Shown: piece after piece, positions 11,572 to 23,499 of the stretch
Position numbering within the stretch: the stretch's first letter is position 1
Layout: each line of letters starts with the position of its first letter
Assembly (NCBI GenBank): GCA_010909165.1
Contig: MU008171.1
Location: 930,001 to 994,000 of the forward strand
Reading direction: 5' to 3'
From: Anthoceros angustus
Taxonomy: Eukaryota; Plantae; Anthocerotophyta
DNA length: 64,000 nt
Notes under the pieces: model-generated
Database searches by the model: none
The model's input: the letters and a program-made list of their open reading frames with translations, nothing else
What the model was told of the DNA's origin: nothing
Position numbers and translations under genes: made by a program

Positions 11572-14130
11572 TATTAGGGCACTCTTCACTAGGGCACCTA
11601 GGACTTAATAATTAATTTAGTCTTTAGGGCACTAAGTAGTTTCTTCTAGTAGTTATTTAATTGGTTAGTTGTTACAACCACTTATTGGTTACAACTACCT
11701 TGCCTACATAAAGGCATGTACTTTCTATTATGAATGTAATGCAACACATATTGCTAGAGCTTGTGTATGATTCTCATCATGGTATCGAGCACACTTGCTC
11801 TTTGTTTGCTGTGCATCCTCATGCATCTAAGTAGCTTATCTAGGAGACACTTTCTAATCTAGCATTTGCCTAGATGGATTGTGTTTATCCTAGAATTGCT
11901 ATCTTTGCATGCATTCTTTTATGCTAACATTTCTCTTCTAACAATGCTTTTATGCACTAATTCTTTGTCCTTCCTCCATGGATTTGTGTTCCTTAGAAGG
12001 AGAAGGCATAGAGTTAAGAAGAGAAGTAGTCTGCAAGACAACAAGAACAAATTAGGAGCCCAACACATAGAAGCAATAGAAGACAACAAGCTATAGAGGA
12101 GAGATAGAAACCTCCTCTTGTATAGCAAACTTCATTGCATCTATTTTAATTTCTAAACCGGATCAAGGGAAGTTTATCAAGCTAGCTAGGCGTGATTTGC
12201 TAGAAGTTTTAGTCCAATTCACGTCAAGGCATTAGAATTAGCTCTCCAACATATCCCAAATTTGAATCTGGTATTAGTACTCCTTTATCTTCTAGTCCGC
12301 AAGACAAAATAGCATAGAAACTCTTAGATTTCAAGAAATTGATCGTCAATTAGCAACTCTTAGAATCCAATCCTTTGATCTTAAGGGAGAATTATCTGAA
12401 TTAAGGACAAAATTGTCTATTCTCTCTAAGGTTGATAATGCGCAGAGATTCGAGAGCATGATATCATCATCCGAATCAGATTATGATGCAAGAGAAGAGT
12501 TTCGTGCGTACAATAGAGAAGATCAGAGGCTGTACCGGCGAGGCCTAGTCCTCTAAATCACCTACAATGGCTGGAGTGATCAATGATGAAGAACAAACTG
12601 TTCCTAATTCCCCATTGGGTAATGATAATGCTAACACTTCATTGCATTATCATTATGGTGACAGTTTCAAAGAGAAAGACAGATTCAATGGAAAGGATTA
12701 TGACATCTGGTCATTGAGAATGCGAGGAGCTTTGCGGCAAAGAGACCTTTGGGGCATCGTCGATGGATCAATTCCAAGGCCACACGCCCGATTTGAACGT
12801 GAACTTCAACCTTCACAGGGGCCTTGAGGCGAGAAGGCACAAGATTTATTGGTCGTGGACTTTCTCAACATATGGTGAGACATGTCGCACGCAAAGACCT
12901 CCAAGGATATGTGGACTCACCTTGCTCAATTATATTCATCTCGAGATGTAATGAGTATTGTTGCGCTTCACGTAACTTCCGCAACCTCTCAATGAAGGAG
13001 TCCGACACCATCGAACATCATGTTAATGCATTTCGATTGGCACGATCCCATTTGGAATCTTCAATCATGACCTATCTCGTAGATGGAGGCTTACGTCATT
13101 CTCTTATCTTCATTGCCACCTTCTTATAGGGCTTTCATTACAACTCAAAATGCAATGTCATAAAAGCTGCAGATGAAGATCCAAATGAAGAGCCGACATC
13201 GTGTTTCCGAACTTATTGGAGCATTGCTACAGGAGGAGGCAAGCGACGTCATCATCACTCCGAGCCAACAAGCGGTGATGTATTCACAAAGGGTAGAGGA
13301 AGAGGACGAGAGGCGAGGCCGAGGTTCTACTTTCCAACGACCCCATATCCGCACATACTTTCCATGATGGAGAGGCATCTTCTTCAACACCGCAAGAGGT
13401 AACAAGAAGATGGGATTATATGTAATTGGTGCGTAATCCCAAATCACATGGAAAAGGATTGTCGTAAGAAGAAGAATGGGAACCTCAAGGAGGCCCCAGA
13501 GCTAACATTGCAACAAGAAACAATCTTCCTCAACTCCAGCAGTGCTCACTGTTGCTTGGCTTCTTTCAAGCCCTCTAACACCTCATGGTACATAGACAGT
13601 GGAGCTACTTCACATATTTGCTACAATAGAGACTCCTTTGAGTCTTACTCGCCAGCCACAGGACACCAGTCTGTCCTCCGGAGATGATCACAACCTACCC
13701 ATAGCGGGTGTCGGTTCCGTTGTATTCAAGTGTGATTCAGGGCAGGTTCTTCACCTTCATCAAGTCCTCCATGTTCCTTCAATGTGCAAGAATCTAGTAT
13801 CAGCTGCAAGTCTTTGCCAAGAACACACTCTGCAGGTGATCCTTTATGCAGATAGTTGTCTTCTCTCTTACATAAGTGATAGAAACTATACAATCCGGCA
13901 CACTTTAGATGATGGTCTCTATAGATTGTCAAGACAAGTGGGAGCCACCCATTCGCTAATGTTGCCATTCCAAACCCTGACACCTACCCAAACCATGCTT
14001 TGGCATTGTCGCCTTGGTCATCCTAATAGTCAAAATTAATCCAAATGTCTAAGGGAGCTTTATATAGAACCCTTGCCTTGCAAAGGTTGAACACCTACCT
14101 TGGTGCGAATCTTGTGTCCTCACTAAGCGA
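11572..14130 (+). mobile_element. 5' part of a Copia (LTR ~11572-11779, PBS, long leader, gag, protease, GAG-pre-integrase), truncated
   Basis: PBS TGGTATCGAGC at 11780. gag from 12567 (KDRFNGKDYDIWSLRM), knuckle at ~13420-13465, WYIDSGATSHIC at ~13590, LWHCRLGH at ~14000. Confidence 0.88.
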
Positions 14131-15360
14131 CATCAAAAGCGATCACCTTAGATTCCGTTGCAGAGGCACGGTGAATAGGCACAAGACGGAGAAGAGTCGC
14201 GTGCCACAAAGCACACCCACGAAATCCATTGTGATGCGGGTGGAAATAGGAGATGCCCACAACCTAAAGATGGCGGTGGCGTTCGAATCTCGAGCAAAAT
14301 GTTGAGCGAGTTGATGCGAATCTTGGTGAAGCACTTGAGAATCGGAAGAACTCTCTCCATCGCAAGGTAAGCTTCTTTTGTTCAACACGCCACCGATCGA
14401 TTCCGAAGTGAAGATCTCAAACTCGGGCTCCAAGTTGTTTTGAAGATCTCGAACTGGGCTCCAAGTTGTTTTGAAGATCTCAAACTCGGCTGTTGGTTTG
14501 AAGATCTCGAACTCGCTGTAGGTTTTGAAGATCTCAAACTTTGGACTCAGTTTTGAAGATCTCGACTGGACTCGGGTTTTGAAGATCTCGAACTGGACTC
14601 GGGTTTTGAAGATCTCGAACTCGGCCTCGGGTTTTGAAGATCTCGAACTCTGGCCTCCAGGTTTTGAAGATCTCGAACTCTGGCCTCCAGGTTTTGAAGA
14701 TCTCGAACTCTGGCCTTCAGGTTTTCAAGATCTTGAACTCTGGCCTCCGGGTTTTGAAGATCTTGAACTCTGGCCTCCACGTTTTGAAGATCTCGAACTC
14801 TGGCCTCCAGGTTTTGAAGTTCTCAAACTCTCACAAGGGCGCAGATTGAACTCTAATTGGCTGAAAATTGGAGGGGACAGGTAGAATTGCCTTCAAAATT
14901 GTTGTCACCTCCCTGAGAGGAAAAATGTTGACGTTGTCGGGTTGCAGGCTTGGGTGCAGGAGGAGGGACTCGTGAAGAGTCGGAATGTCATTTCTCCACT
15001 GGTGATGAACAGTAGAAGTAAGCAGTAGTTTTATCTGCCCTGCGAATTGCTGTCCTGAGCAAGTTGGCTTCCAAGCGTGCAGACATCTCGGCATTTTTAG
15101 ATGTAGGCTTCTCAGTGCAGAGGAGTTGTGTCATTATCGGTTGAGTAGCGGAAACATGACATCCGTGTACAAGCAAAAGAGCCCTAATGTGAAACCTCTC
15201 TAGGCCCTTATGCGAGATGACATAAGGATGGAATTCAAGCATCGAGCATCCGGGCATCGTGTCCGATGCTTTGATACCATGTAACGAGAGCGCAAGGCAC
15301 TAAGGCGCTTGGAAAGCACGAGCGCTTATGGTAGAGCGAAGCACTGTGTTTGGGGAAAGG
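14130..15360 (-). mobile_element. LTR-element fragment: partial LTR (15280-~15360), PBS and leader with a tandem array; no pol recognised
   Basis: On the minus strand ...CGTTACA is followed by TGGTATCAAAGC (15279-15268). Confidence 0.6.
14405..14830. repeat. ~27-30 bp tandem array, ~15 units, core TTTTGAAGATCTCGAACTC
   Basis: Direct reading. Later units are 30-mers GGTTTTGAAGATCTCGAACTCTGGCCTCCA. Confidence 0.95.
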
Positions 15361-17703
15361 TTAAGTGTACAAGTTGGAGTCTTCTTGTTGCTCTCGTCGT
15401 GGGCCCTTTTGGAAATGGGGACCGATGACTCTTGCCTAGTGAACAGGCCTCACAAATGCCAAAAAATCTTCAATCCTGGTGAGTGGAATGCTTGCAGCTG
15501 CCTGGGTTTTTAACATGTCCTTCATCCGCTGAGTGTGCATATGGCCAAGGCGGGCATGCCACAAGTAAGACTCACTCGTGCTTGTGGCTGTAGATAGGGA
15601 GGAAGGCTGGGCAGCCGGAGAAGTTGTGACATTCAGGTGATAGAGGTCGTCGTCTTTCAAGTCCCCTGTGGCTATTAGATCTCCTTGTAAAGTCTCAATA
15701 ATGCAGTGACCTCCACCAAAGCACACATAACAGCGGATTGATCAACCTTCGGATGAAAATAGGTTCTTCGCTGGTACCAGAAAGACGTCGATATTTGTAG
15801 GGTAGCATTAGGCTTGACATGCGGTCTGATTCCGTGACACGAAATGGTGTGTTTAGTATCGTCCCCAAAGTGAAATGGGGAGGTGTGGTGGGGTTGACTT
15901 GGCTAAAATATTCACGATGTGGTGTCATGTCTTTGGGATGCCCCGAATCTATGTACCAGTGTGTTGTCCGTGTCTTTGAAGACATGAAGCTACGGTGAAG
16001 GTGGAGGGCTGGTCGGACCGGTGGTGGCTCACTTGTGTGAGAAAGGCCCTTGAGTGTCGCTTCATAGTGAGGCGAGTTGCCACTGATTGCCTTGGGTTGG
16101 GCACTAATCGTTTCTGCATTCTTCGTAGGTGTGACCGGGATTTCGTATCCACATATTGGTTTCCATGAAGGATTATAAGCTCCATGTCCTCTATTGCTGG
16201 GGTAAGTGCCGCCTCGTGTCTTGCCTCTAAAGTTGTTGCGGCCTCGCCTGGATCGCGTCACTGTGAAAAATGCTCTTGATGAAGATTCCCACTGTAAATG
16301 GTGCGTAGTTTCCTTCTAGCCTCTTGATCATTTGATAACCTTGTTGTGATGAGAGGTTGTCGCCTTGTAGGGATTGGACGACCCATGACTCGGCAAGGTG
16401 GACAAGAGAAAGAGAGAGATCTTCTTGGATGACGGCTGGCGTCAGAACTTTGTCATCCAGCTCCTAAAGTGCATGGTATGTTGATCCACAGTGGGTCTCG
16501 GACATTGAAGTCCAGAAGAAATTTTTAATAGTGTGCAGTGTGCATAATGTACTGTTGAGGCATATATGTCGTGCATTGTTTCCAAGCTTGTGCGGTCTCT
16601 ACACCGATTTCTTTGGGCGTTCCACGACCTCATGGATTGCATGAGGATGTTTTTAACTGTTGGTTTTATCTTCCCTCCTCTTTCTCTACTGCGGGTGGAT
16701 GCTGGTTGTGCTTTGGACGGAGGGTTTCCAACGCCACCAACGTGGCCCATAGCTTCGTTCTTTCAAAATTCTGTCACGAAATTTCCAAGCAGTGAAATTG
16801 TCTTGTTGGCCGGCGGTCCTCTTCGACAGTGATGGAGGATGTGGCCATTGTGGTAAGTGCTATAGATTGGCTGCTTAGAGGGTGATAGCGTGTGCCTAAG
16901 TAGACATGTGGTTTCTACTTGGAGGTGAGTAGAATTTTATAAAATGCAAGTGGTATTGGGAGCATTGGCCTCTAAGTGCTGCGGTTTGAATGATGTTGTT
17001 TTGAAATTCTCCAATTTCGGTGTTGGAGGCAAGATGTAGAGGTTGTCGGTGAGCTGGCACTTTGAGGAGGCGGTTTTATGCGGAGGTTTTGTAGGTGCAT
17101 ATTATGGATTCCTTAACTTGTCTTTGGATCAATTGGGGTGTGCCGTCAATCGTAGTTGTAAAAGCACGATCATTGTGTGTTGTTTGGTACCTTTTATTGT
17201 GTGTAGAGAAAGAGAGGTGTACGTATGCCCAATCATAGTCACGTGGGTCAACAAAGCCTCTCAAGTATAGTTCTTCAGCAATTACAAGAAGCACGGGCGG
17301 TCCGGATCCGGGCATAGTGCCATAGGTTTCCTTCTGCTTCCTTGGTGGCGCTGCTCTATGGCTTCTTTGAATTTCGAGGTTTGAGCAATTCTATTTGCTC
17401 TTGAACATCTGTTGCCTCTGCGTAAGCCCGGCATGCTTATAGATATTTATGTCTCATTGTTATGTGCTGTAGATATCGGGTGCGGTGGCGCCTGCTCGAT
17501 ACCATGTGAAGGTCGCATATGGACCGGGATCGATTGTTCAAGAATGGATTGAATAATAAGCATGGCGAGCGAAGTGCTCAAATACACAAGGGCTGTGCCC
17601 AAGCGTCATGTGTTGTAACCGTCACGTGACGTTTCGTTATGTGCCTATTAAGTTACGCTTTATGTGAATCGTGCCTAAGGGTTAGGGTGCTACATCGTTA
17701 ACA
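15360..17703 (-). mobile_element. 5' part of a Copia (LTR 17505-17703, PBS, ORF0 leader, gag from 16848, protease, GAG-pre-integrase), truncated at the integrase start
   Basis: LTR TGTTAAC...TTCACA and PBS at 17504-17494. gag MATSSI(T)LSKED...KERKLW, HWYIDSG, LWHARLGH, CEACSLGK and RATRRLQLVH near 15370-15460. Confidence 0.88.
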
Positions 17704-17744
17704 CGGCACCAGGCGCCATTTCTTTAATTGGCAAGTTGAATGTG

Positions 17745-18125
17745 TGTAGTTCTACCGATCTTGTCTCTCAAATTGCACGTCGCTATGGGCATGCCCTCCA
17801 ATCCACGCGCTTGTAGGCGGACTCTTGGTTTCGAGACAAGGAAGTGCTAGCTTTTGATGTGGAGTTTGTGGCGTCTCGGAGGCGAGCTTCCAAGCATTTG
17901 AGCAAGGATGGGAAAGATGATGACACCTCGCAACTGCGAAGCACGGATTTCAAGGCGAGGCAGCAGGCGGTGAAGTGGCACCGCTGGAGCGACGGGGAGG
18001 TTCCGGCCTGGATCCCACCACTCCGTGATGCATCACAGTGCGATGGATCCATTGGCGGGATTGAGAACAGCAGCGGGTCTCTGTGCTCACGCAAATTCCA
18101 TCTACGATCTTGAGGCGTGGAAGTG
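17745..18125 (+). pseudogene. 5' fragment of an SGNH/PC-esterase-like gene (At3g06150/At5g19060-like), duplicated at ~29730-30105
   Basis: QCDGSIGGIENSSG...IYDLEAWK reads across the Copia TSD into CASSLKWILFWGDS at 44646. Family recalled from memory. Confidence 0.65.
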
Positions 18126-19288
18126 TATTGGGATTTACATTACGTAATCATGCGGTTGAAGCATGTTACAAATGTAGTTCGGTAGTTAGCATTTCCGATT
18201 AGAACGATTAGAACGATTACCACTCCATGCTATTTAAGAACACGATGTTACCTTACTTGATAATCAATGACAAATCTTCTTCAGCAGATTCTATCTCTCT
18301 TGCCATCTCCTTGATCCACGGATAGCATAATGCATCTATCGCTAATAGCATTATGGTATCGAGCCCGATCGATTTTGGATGTTGATCGCGAGGCAGCGGT
18401 GCGTACAAGTGAGTGGCATCATTCGCGAGGAAAATGGCGAAGAGAAAAGGCGTGGTCTCATCCTCGCCGCCCTCTCTTAATGATTGTCAAGCTGAAGAGC
18501 GATTGGGCGCTCCACATCACGACTAACAAGATTGAGAGAGTCCACTCCTTGCTCAATGATAATGACCTCGAGCTCCCGGAGTAATTGTTTGGGCGGCAGA
18601 AGATTTCTCAAGGATCGGAAGGCTGCCGATTGACACAAGCAAACCCCAAGAAGGCGACTGACTTCGACCGTCTTCAACTCGAACTCCGAAGCGCCAAATG
18701 CTCGATCGACTTGATCAAGAAAATATGCGGAAGCCTCCAGTTCTTGACATCATCTGCCGCAACTTCATCCGAAGACTCTTCAATCCACGGTGCTTCCGGG
18801 GAAGCTCTTCTCATTAAGGCGGACATTACTCAAGCTTATGCAAGATGTCTCGAGACTCAGTTCGAGAGGATGAAGTGTATGATCTTTCCTTTCTGTTTGA
18901 GCCTGTAGAGTACTCACAGGTGGGATTTTTCTCCTGCAGCCCTCTTGTATAGAACTAGTCGGTTTTCTTCAACCGTCTTGCGACCATGGCAAATCCAAAC
19001 AAAGTCCGCGCAATATCGGATTCTTGAAAGCCTCTTTTGCGCTTTGGGCGGAGGTTGCCACCCTTTCTCATATCATGCAAAACACGTGTTTTTAAAAGAG
19101 ATGTGAATGGCGAGTTCCACTTAGAACAATGTAAGTAAAATAGAGGTTTTTCCATGTATGCACACTTTTGTTTGATCGTGGTCTCGTCCAGACTTACTCT
19201 GGGAAAGGGCAGTGGCACTATGGGTCCAAAAACGTAATATGCATTCAAATCAAAGTCGGGCATTTTCCACGAAGAGTCAAAAGCAGAA

Positions 19289-22200
19289 TTATACGGTCAA
19301 CCTGACGAGCCCCTCATCTACAAGTCACAGCTACCCAAAGGGTCATCTACTTCAACCAAATTGAGCTCCGAATCGCACCGTTTCTACATTTTCCAAATCA
19401 CGCCTTTGTGTCACCAAAGTCATCACCTTCAACTGCAAAGCGAGCGTCTATGCTGCGGTGGTAGTGTGCCGTTTTCATCCCATATTGTCAATGCCGGTTG
19501 GTCTTCAACGGCGGTCGTCACACGTCTGGAGTCCTTCATTCGACCCTTCTTTCCAAGCAAGCTATACACTTGCATTTTCCTGTCAATGCCTCTGCACAGA
19601 TCTCCTTTGCCCAAAACTTGCGGGCCCTGCTCTGTTGTTATTTCTTGAACTCGTCCGGCCGCTCCAACCGTTCACTCGTTGTGACATATACATTGAGCAT
19701 CGTGCGTCTTTGTCAATAGCCTGGCGTTCCTTTTCCGTTGAATCCGGCCACCAAAATGATCCCGATCACGCACGGCGTCAACAATCCGATCGTCTTCGTT
19801 GGAGAACATGTTCACCAACATGCCTAATAAGCCCACGGGTTTACGATATGGCGTCGACCATCTTATCACCGATGTGGTAAATCGACTTCTTCACCACGGT
19901 CCATGTCGGATAACTCTTGGAGCACTTTGATGTCTTTGCGGAAAGAGGAGCTTTTCCGACATTGGACTCATCTTCACTGCGCTTCCCACATCAAATATTC
20001 CACTTTTGTTTCAACAGCACTGTTGGGTGGGATGTTGGTTTTCTCCCATACCGAGTTTGTATGACTCCTTTCACGCACCAAGACCTCAAAGCCTCCACGG
20101 CTTGAATCACCCCATCCACCCCATGCATAAGAATTATCCACACACATCGTGGTCTTCTCGTTGAAAGAGCTGATGATCTCTTTCAATTCTTCTTCAACGA
20201 AAGCCTTGTCATTCTCATGCCTGTAAACCTCGAGGGAGGTCGCAGAAAAGAAGAGTATACCTCCTCGGTGGCAAAAATCCTTTCATATCCAAAATGTCTC
20301 GATGCACCACGATATGCCACTTTGTCCAAGACCGGGCACTCTAACGCTCGACCATCCATGTCCTTGTCGGCCATTTGTTTTCGCTCTTCTTCCATCCGTT
20401 TCGATTCGCGCTATAAACAAAATCTTGGAAAGGTTTTGGCGGGCTTTCAAATCCTCAATGTCTCCGGTTTACGCAAGCAGCGGTGGTGGTCGAAACTCAT
20501 TGGAGTGGAGTCGCGGTCGGCGCACTTGTGTCGCCGGCGCGCTCCACCAGTGGATGGCGCAAAGTCGCGGTCGGCCAGGCGCCGGCAGTGCGCGGTCAGC
20601 GGCGCCTCCGGTCGCGGTGGCCCGGCACTCCCTCGTTGCGCCACGGGACAAACAAGAGAGTCGCGGTCGGCGGCGCACTAATCGGTGACTCCTAACGAAT
20701 ACACTCACTTACCACTTCGCAAAATGTTTGAAACCGCCAATTCCTTGGCCTCGGTATGTTTGGGAAGCTGTTTGGCGACTTGAGGTGGCACACTTCATAG
20801 CCTTCGAAGGCATGCTCGATAAGGTTAATCTTCTTCCTGTTGCCAACATCGTATCCATATCTTTTAGCGGTTTCCTTGGATGACCTTCGGGTCCTGCTAT
20901 CAACATCTCTTCACCTTCTCGTCCTTGGGACTCCTTGGAATGCTCTCCATGCCCTTAGAGCATTGGAGCCGGACGAGGGGGATTAGAAGGGCCCACTGTT
21001 GTAGTTGGGTCTTGTGGCTTCCGTTTGCTTTCGCCTTGTCACTGCCTCACCTGCTCGGGAGTTCGCACTTCTCCCACATCTGGAAAATGGTGTCCACGTT
21101 CTCCCACAATTTACCCACCGCCTCGCAATCCTCAGCAGTCTTCCATCCACCATCTTACATACATAATCGTGTCCTTGGGTTTCCAGCCTCCTCCGGCATC
21201 CCCAACTTGTACACATTGAACTTCCCGCAGTGGTTTTCCATCGGGTGTGTCCGGTGCCAAATCTCAAGCTCATCATGTATGTAGCGTACTTGTTCAATAA
21301 AACCAAGCTTCTTCCTCTTATGCATACACATTGTGATCAAGCCAAGACCGCATTTCTTCCTCTCAAGCACATATACATGGCCTCGAGCCATTGAAATTTA
21401 TCTTCCGGATACATTTGACGGTGTCGCATGGCGGCATAGCAATGGTTCCCTCCGGCACCCCTAGGGTGTAATCTTTGAGCTCGATCTCCTCGTGCATCTT
21501 CTTTCTTCAAGCATCTTTGGATCAATCATGCACAAAAGTGGGAGCGTCCCTTCCTTCAGGACATGCGCATCATCGAACAAGGCACTTCATCCATGCCTCA
21601 TCCACCTTCCTTATCGAGCATCTGCGTTAGAAATGAAGCGGGGCGTAATGTACCGATATGTGAATGTCGAATGTTGTGGTTTGCACCCGCTTCTTGTAGG
21701 CCCGAAGTAACCATCTCCGATAGTCATCCTCCTGCGAAAGGAGCTCCATCGTTCGGCATCGTGGTATTTGTCAAGACAGCTTCCTCTTACGCATGCTTCC
21801 TCGACTTCCTTGATTTTTTCCGCCCTCTACCCACCTCTTCTCCATCACCAGCCTGAGATCTTGCCTTCCTCTTTCGCTTGATTGGTGTGCTCTCTGCATG
21901 GAAATCAAAACAAGATGCTTCAATTCTTACATGCGTTCGAATTGCGGAGGCGGGAGTAGGAGCATTCTTACCAGCCATTCGCCTTCTCATCTTCACTGGA
22001 GACCTGGACAGGTTGCGGATTCCCTTCTTCTTCTTTCACAGTGCGCGGCTGCAGAGTCCTTCTTCGGACGAGGAGGTCACCTCCTCCTCAAAAGCCTCAG
22101 TTCAAGACCCACGAGGCTGGACATGTTGCGAGCCATGGGCGGCCTCGTCGAGCTCGCCTCCGCGGACCACGAGGCGAGGCGCTCCTCCTCTTCCGGAGCT

Positions 22201-22393
22201 CGGCTCGGCACGGAACCTCGTCCTCCTCCATCTCCGGTTGCATAATCCGGGCATCGTTCTGCACACACAACCGGCCCGCTGATAGCGGCGTGCACCGCAC
22301 CGCCTCGCCCGATCACCAGCGTCGATCACTACACCTCTGTTCTTCAGCACCTTCGGCGAGTAGAACGCGGCAAAATTGTTCTCCCCCATTCAT
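19289..22393 (-). CDS. ParB/Srx-like domain + beta-class amino-DNA-methyltransferase-like protein (transposon cargo, intron-containing, frameshifted), copy 1
   Basis: LGVLGGNHCYAAM (GGNH 21453-21442), YTLLFCDLPRG (20241-20227), RKPVGLLGMLVNMFSNEDDRIVDA (19842-19774), SGS in a shifted frame, ILVAG, AIDKD (19720-19706). GT donor at 20712. Start and stop are approximate. Confidence 0.72.
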
Positions 22394-23499
22394 TTTAAAG
22401 AGGAAAACAATGAGTATACGGCGAAACCCTAAGCGAAAATGGGAAGTGATACATGGTGACATACAAGACTTACATCTTGAACACTTTTGGAATCACATAG
22501 GCCGATTTCAACTGGCTCTGTGACGAGGCATTATCTTGGCAGCATCCATTATCGGGAGATGTGTGTTGATGTCATCGTTTATGTGCAAATGAGGTTTCTT
22601 GGTGACCAAAAGCGTATGTGCATATCTTCGCCCATTCGTCCTTGTGCACATAGAATCCATCCGACTCTTGCAGGAATCCCCTCAATACCATTGTAACCGT
22701 TAATCCATAAGGCCGAGTGGAATCCAAGGCGGACTGGATCTTGGTTCTTCTTACAACAACGCTCCACTCTTATGCATGTTGTACCGCGGAAGAGAATCAC
22801 GGAGCTTTTTCAGCTGCTCCACAAAGTTAAAAGCATGAGGAATCGCGGTGCATTTCCACCGAGGTTGGTGCTCCCTCGGCCATCAATGTCTTCATATCCT
22901 CTCCGTTGAGTACCCTTTGAGGTGGACGTCCGGACACTACCATGAGAGGATTCTCTCAATTGCATAATAGCGGGTGGGGTTCTGTTACCACATTCGGGGA
23001 TCGCATCCCCTCATCCGGTCTGCGCCCTTGCGATCCTGCTGCTCTTGCACGCGCATTTTTCGCCTTCACGATGCGTGGCGGGCCTCCAACGCGGGGTCGA
23101 TCTGCATGCTTATTGCTCCGTGGCGTCCTCGCGATCACCATCCGCAATCTTCAAAACCTCTGCGGGAAGTTGGCGGGAGGAAGTAAGTCGTGTCCGGACT
23201 CTCGAACTCTTGATGAAAAGGAGAGGCTCGAGCTTACGTGGAAATGAAATATGGATGTTTGAACGCATCAACGGGATTACGATAAAGCCTTAACACACGC
23301 TAGTTACGCTAAAGCGGCTCAAGTAGTAGGTTTCAACACATCATCATTTAACCTCAAATGCCTAAAATAGGCCCATTACAAATTCGATGCATCCACCTCA
23401 TCTTATTTCTAAGCCGTCATGCACTCTCATTCAAGGTCCATCGATTCATCTGTCCATCCTCCAGTCCATCGCGCATTAAATCATATAAATCATCCAACA

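Noticed and set aside
14405-14830. CRISPR-like appearance of the AGATCT array
   Set aside because: There are no unique spacers, the units are contiguous, and the context is a plant TE.
18998-19263. Apparent paralogous ORF ends at both transposon termini (FQESADIADFV-like; ORFs 18955-19263 and 26969-27280), and a possible ULP1 protease
   Set aside because: The similarity is explained by the TIRs. No convincing His/Asp/Cys triad was seen.
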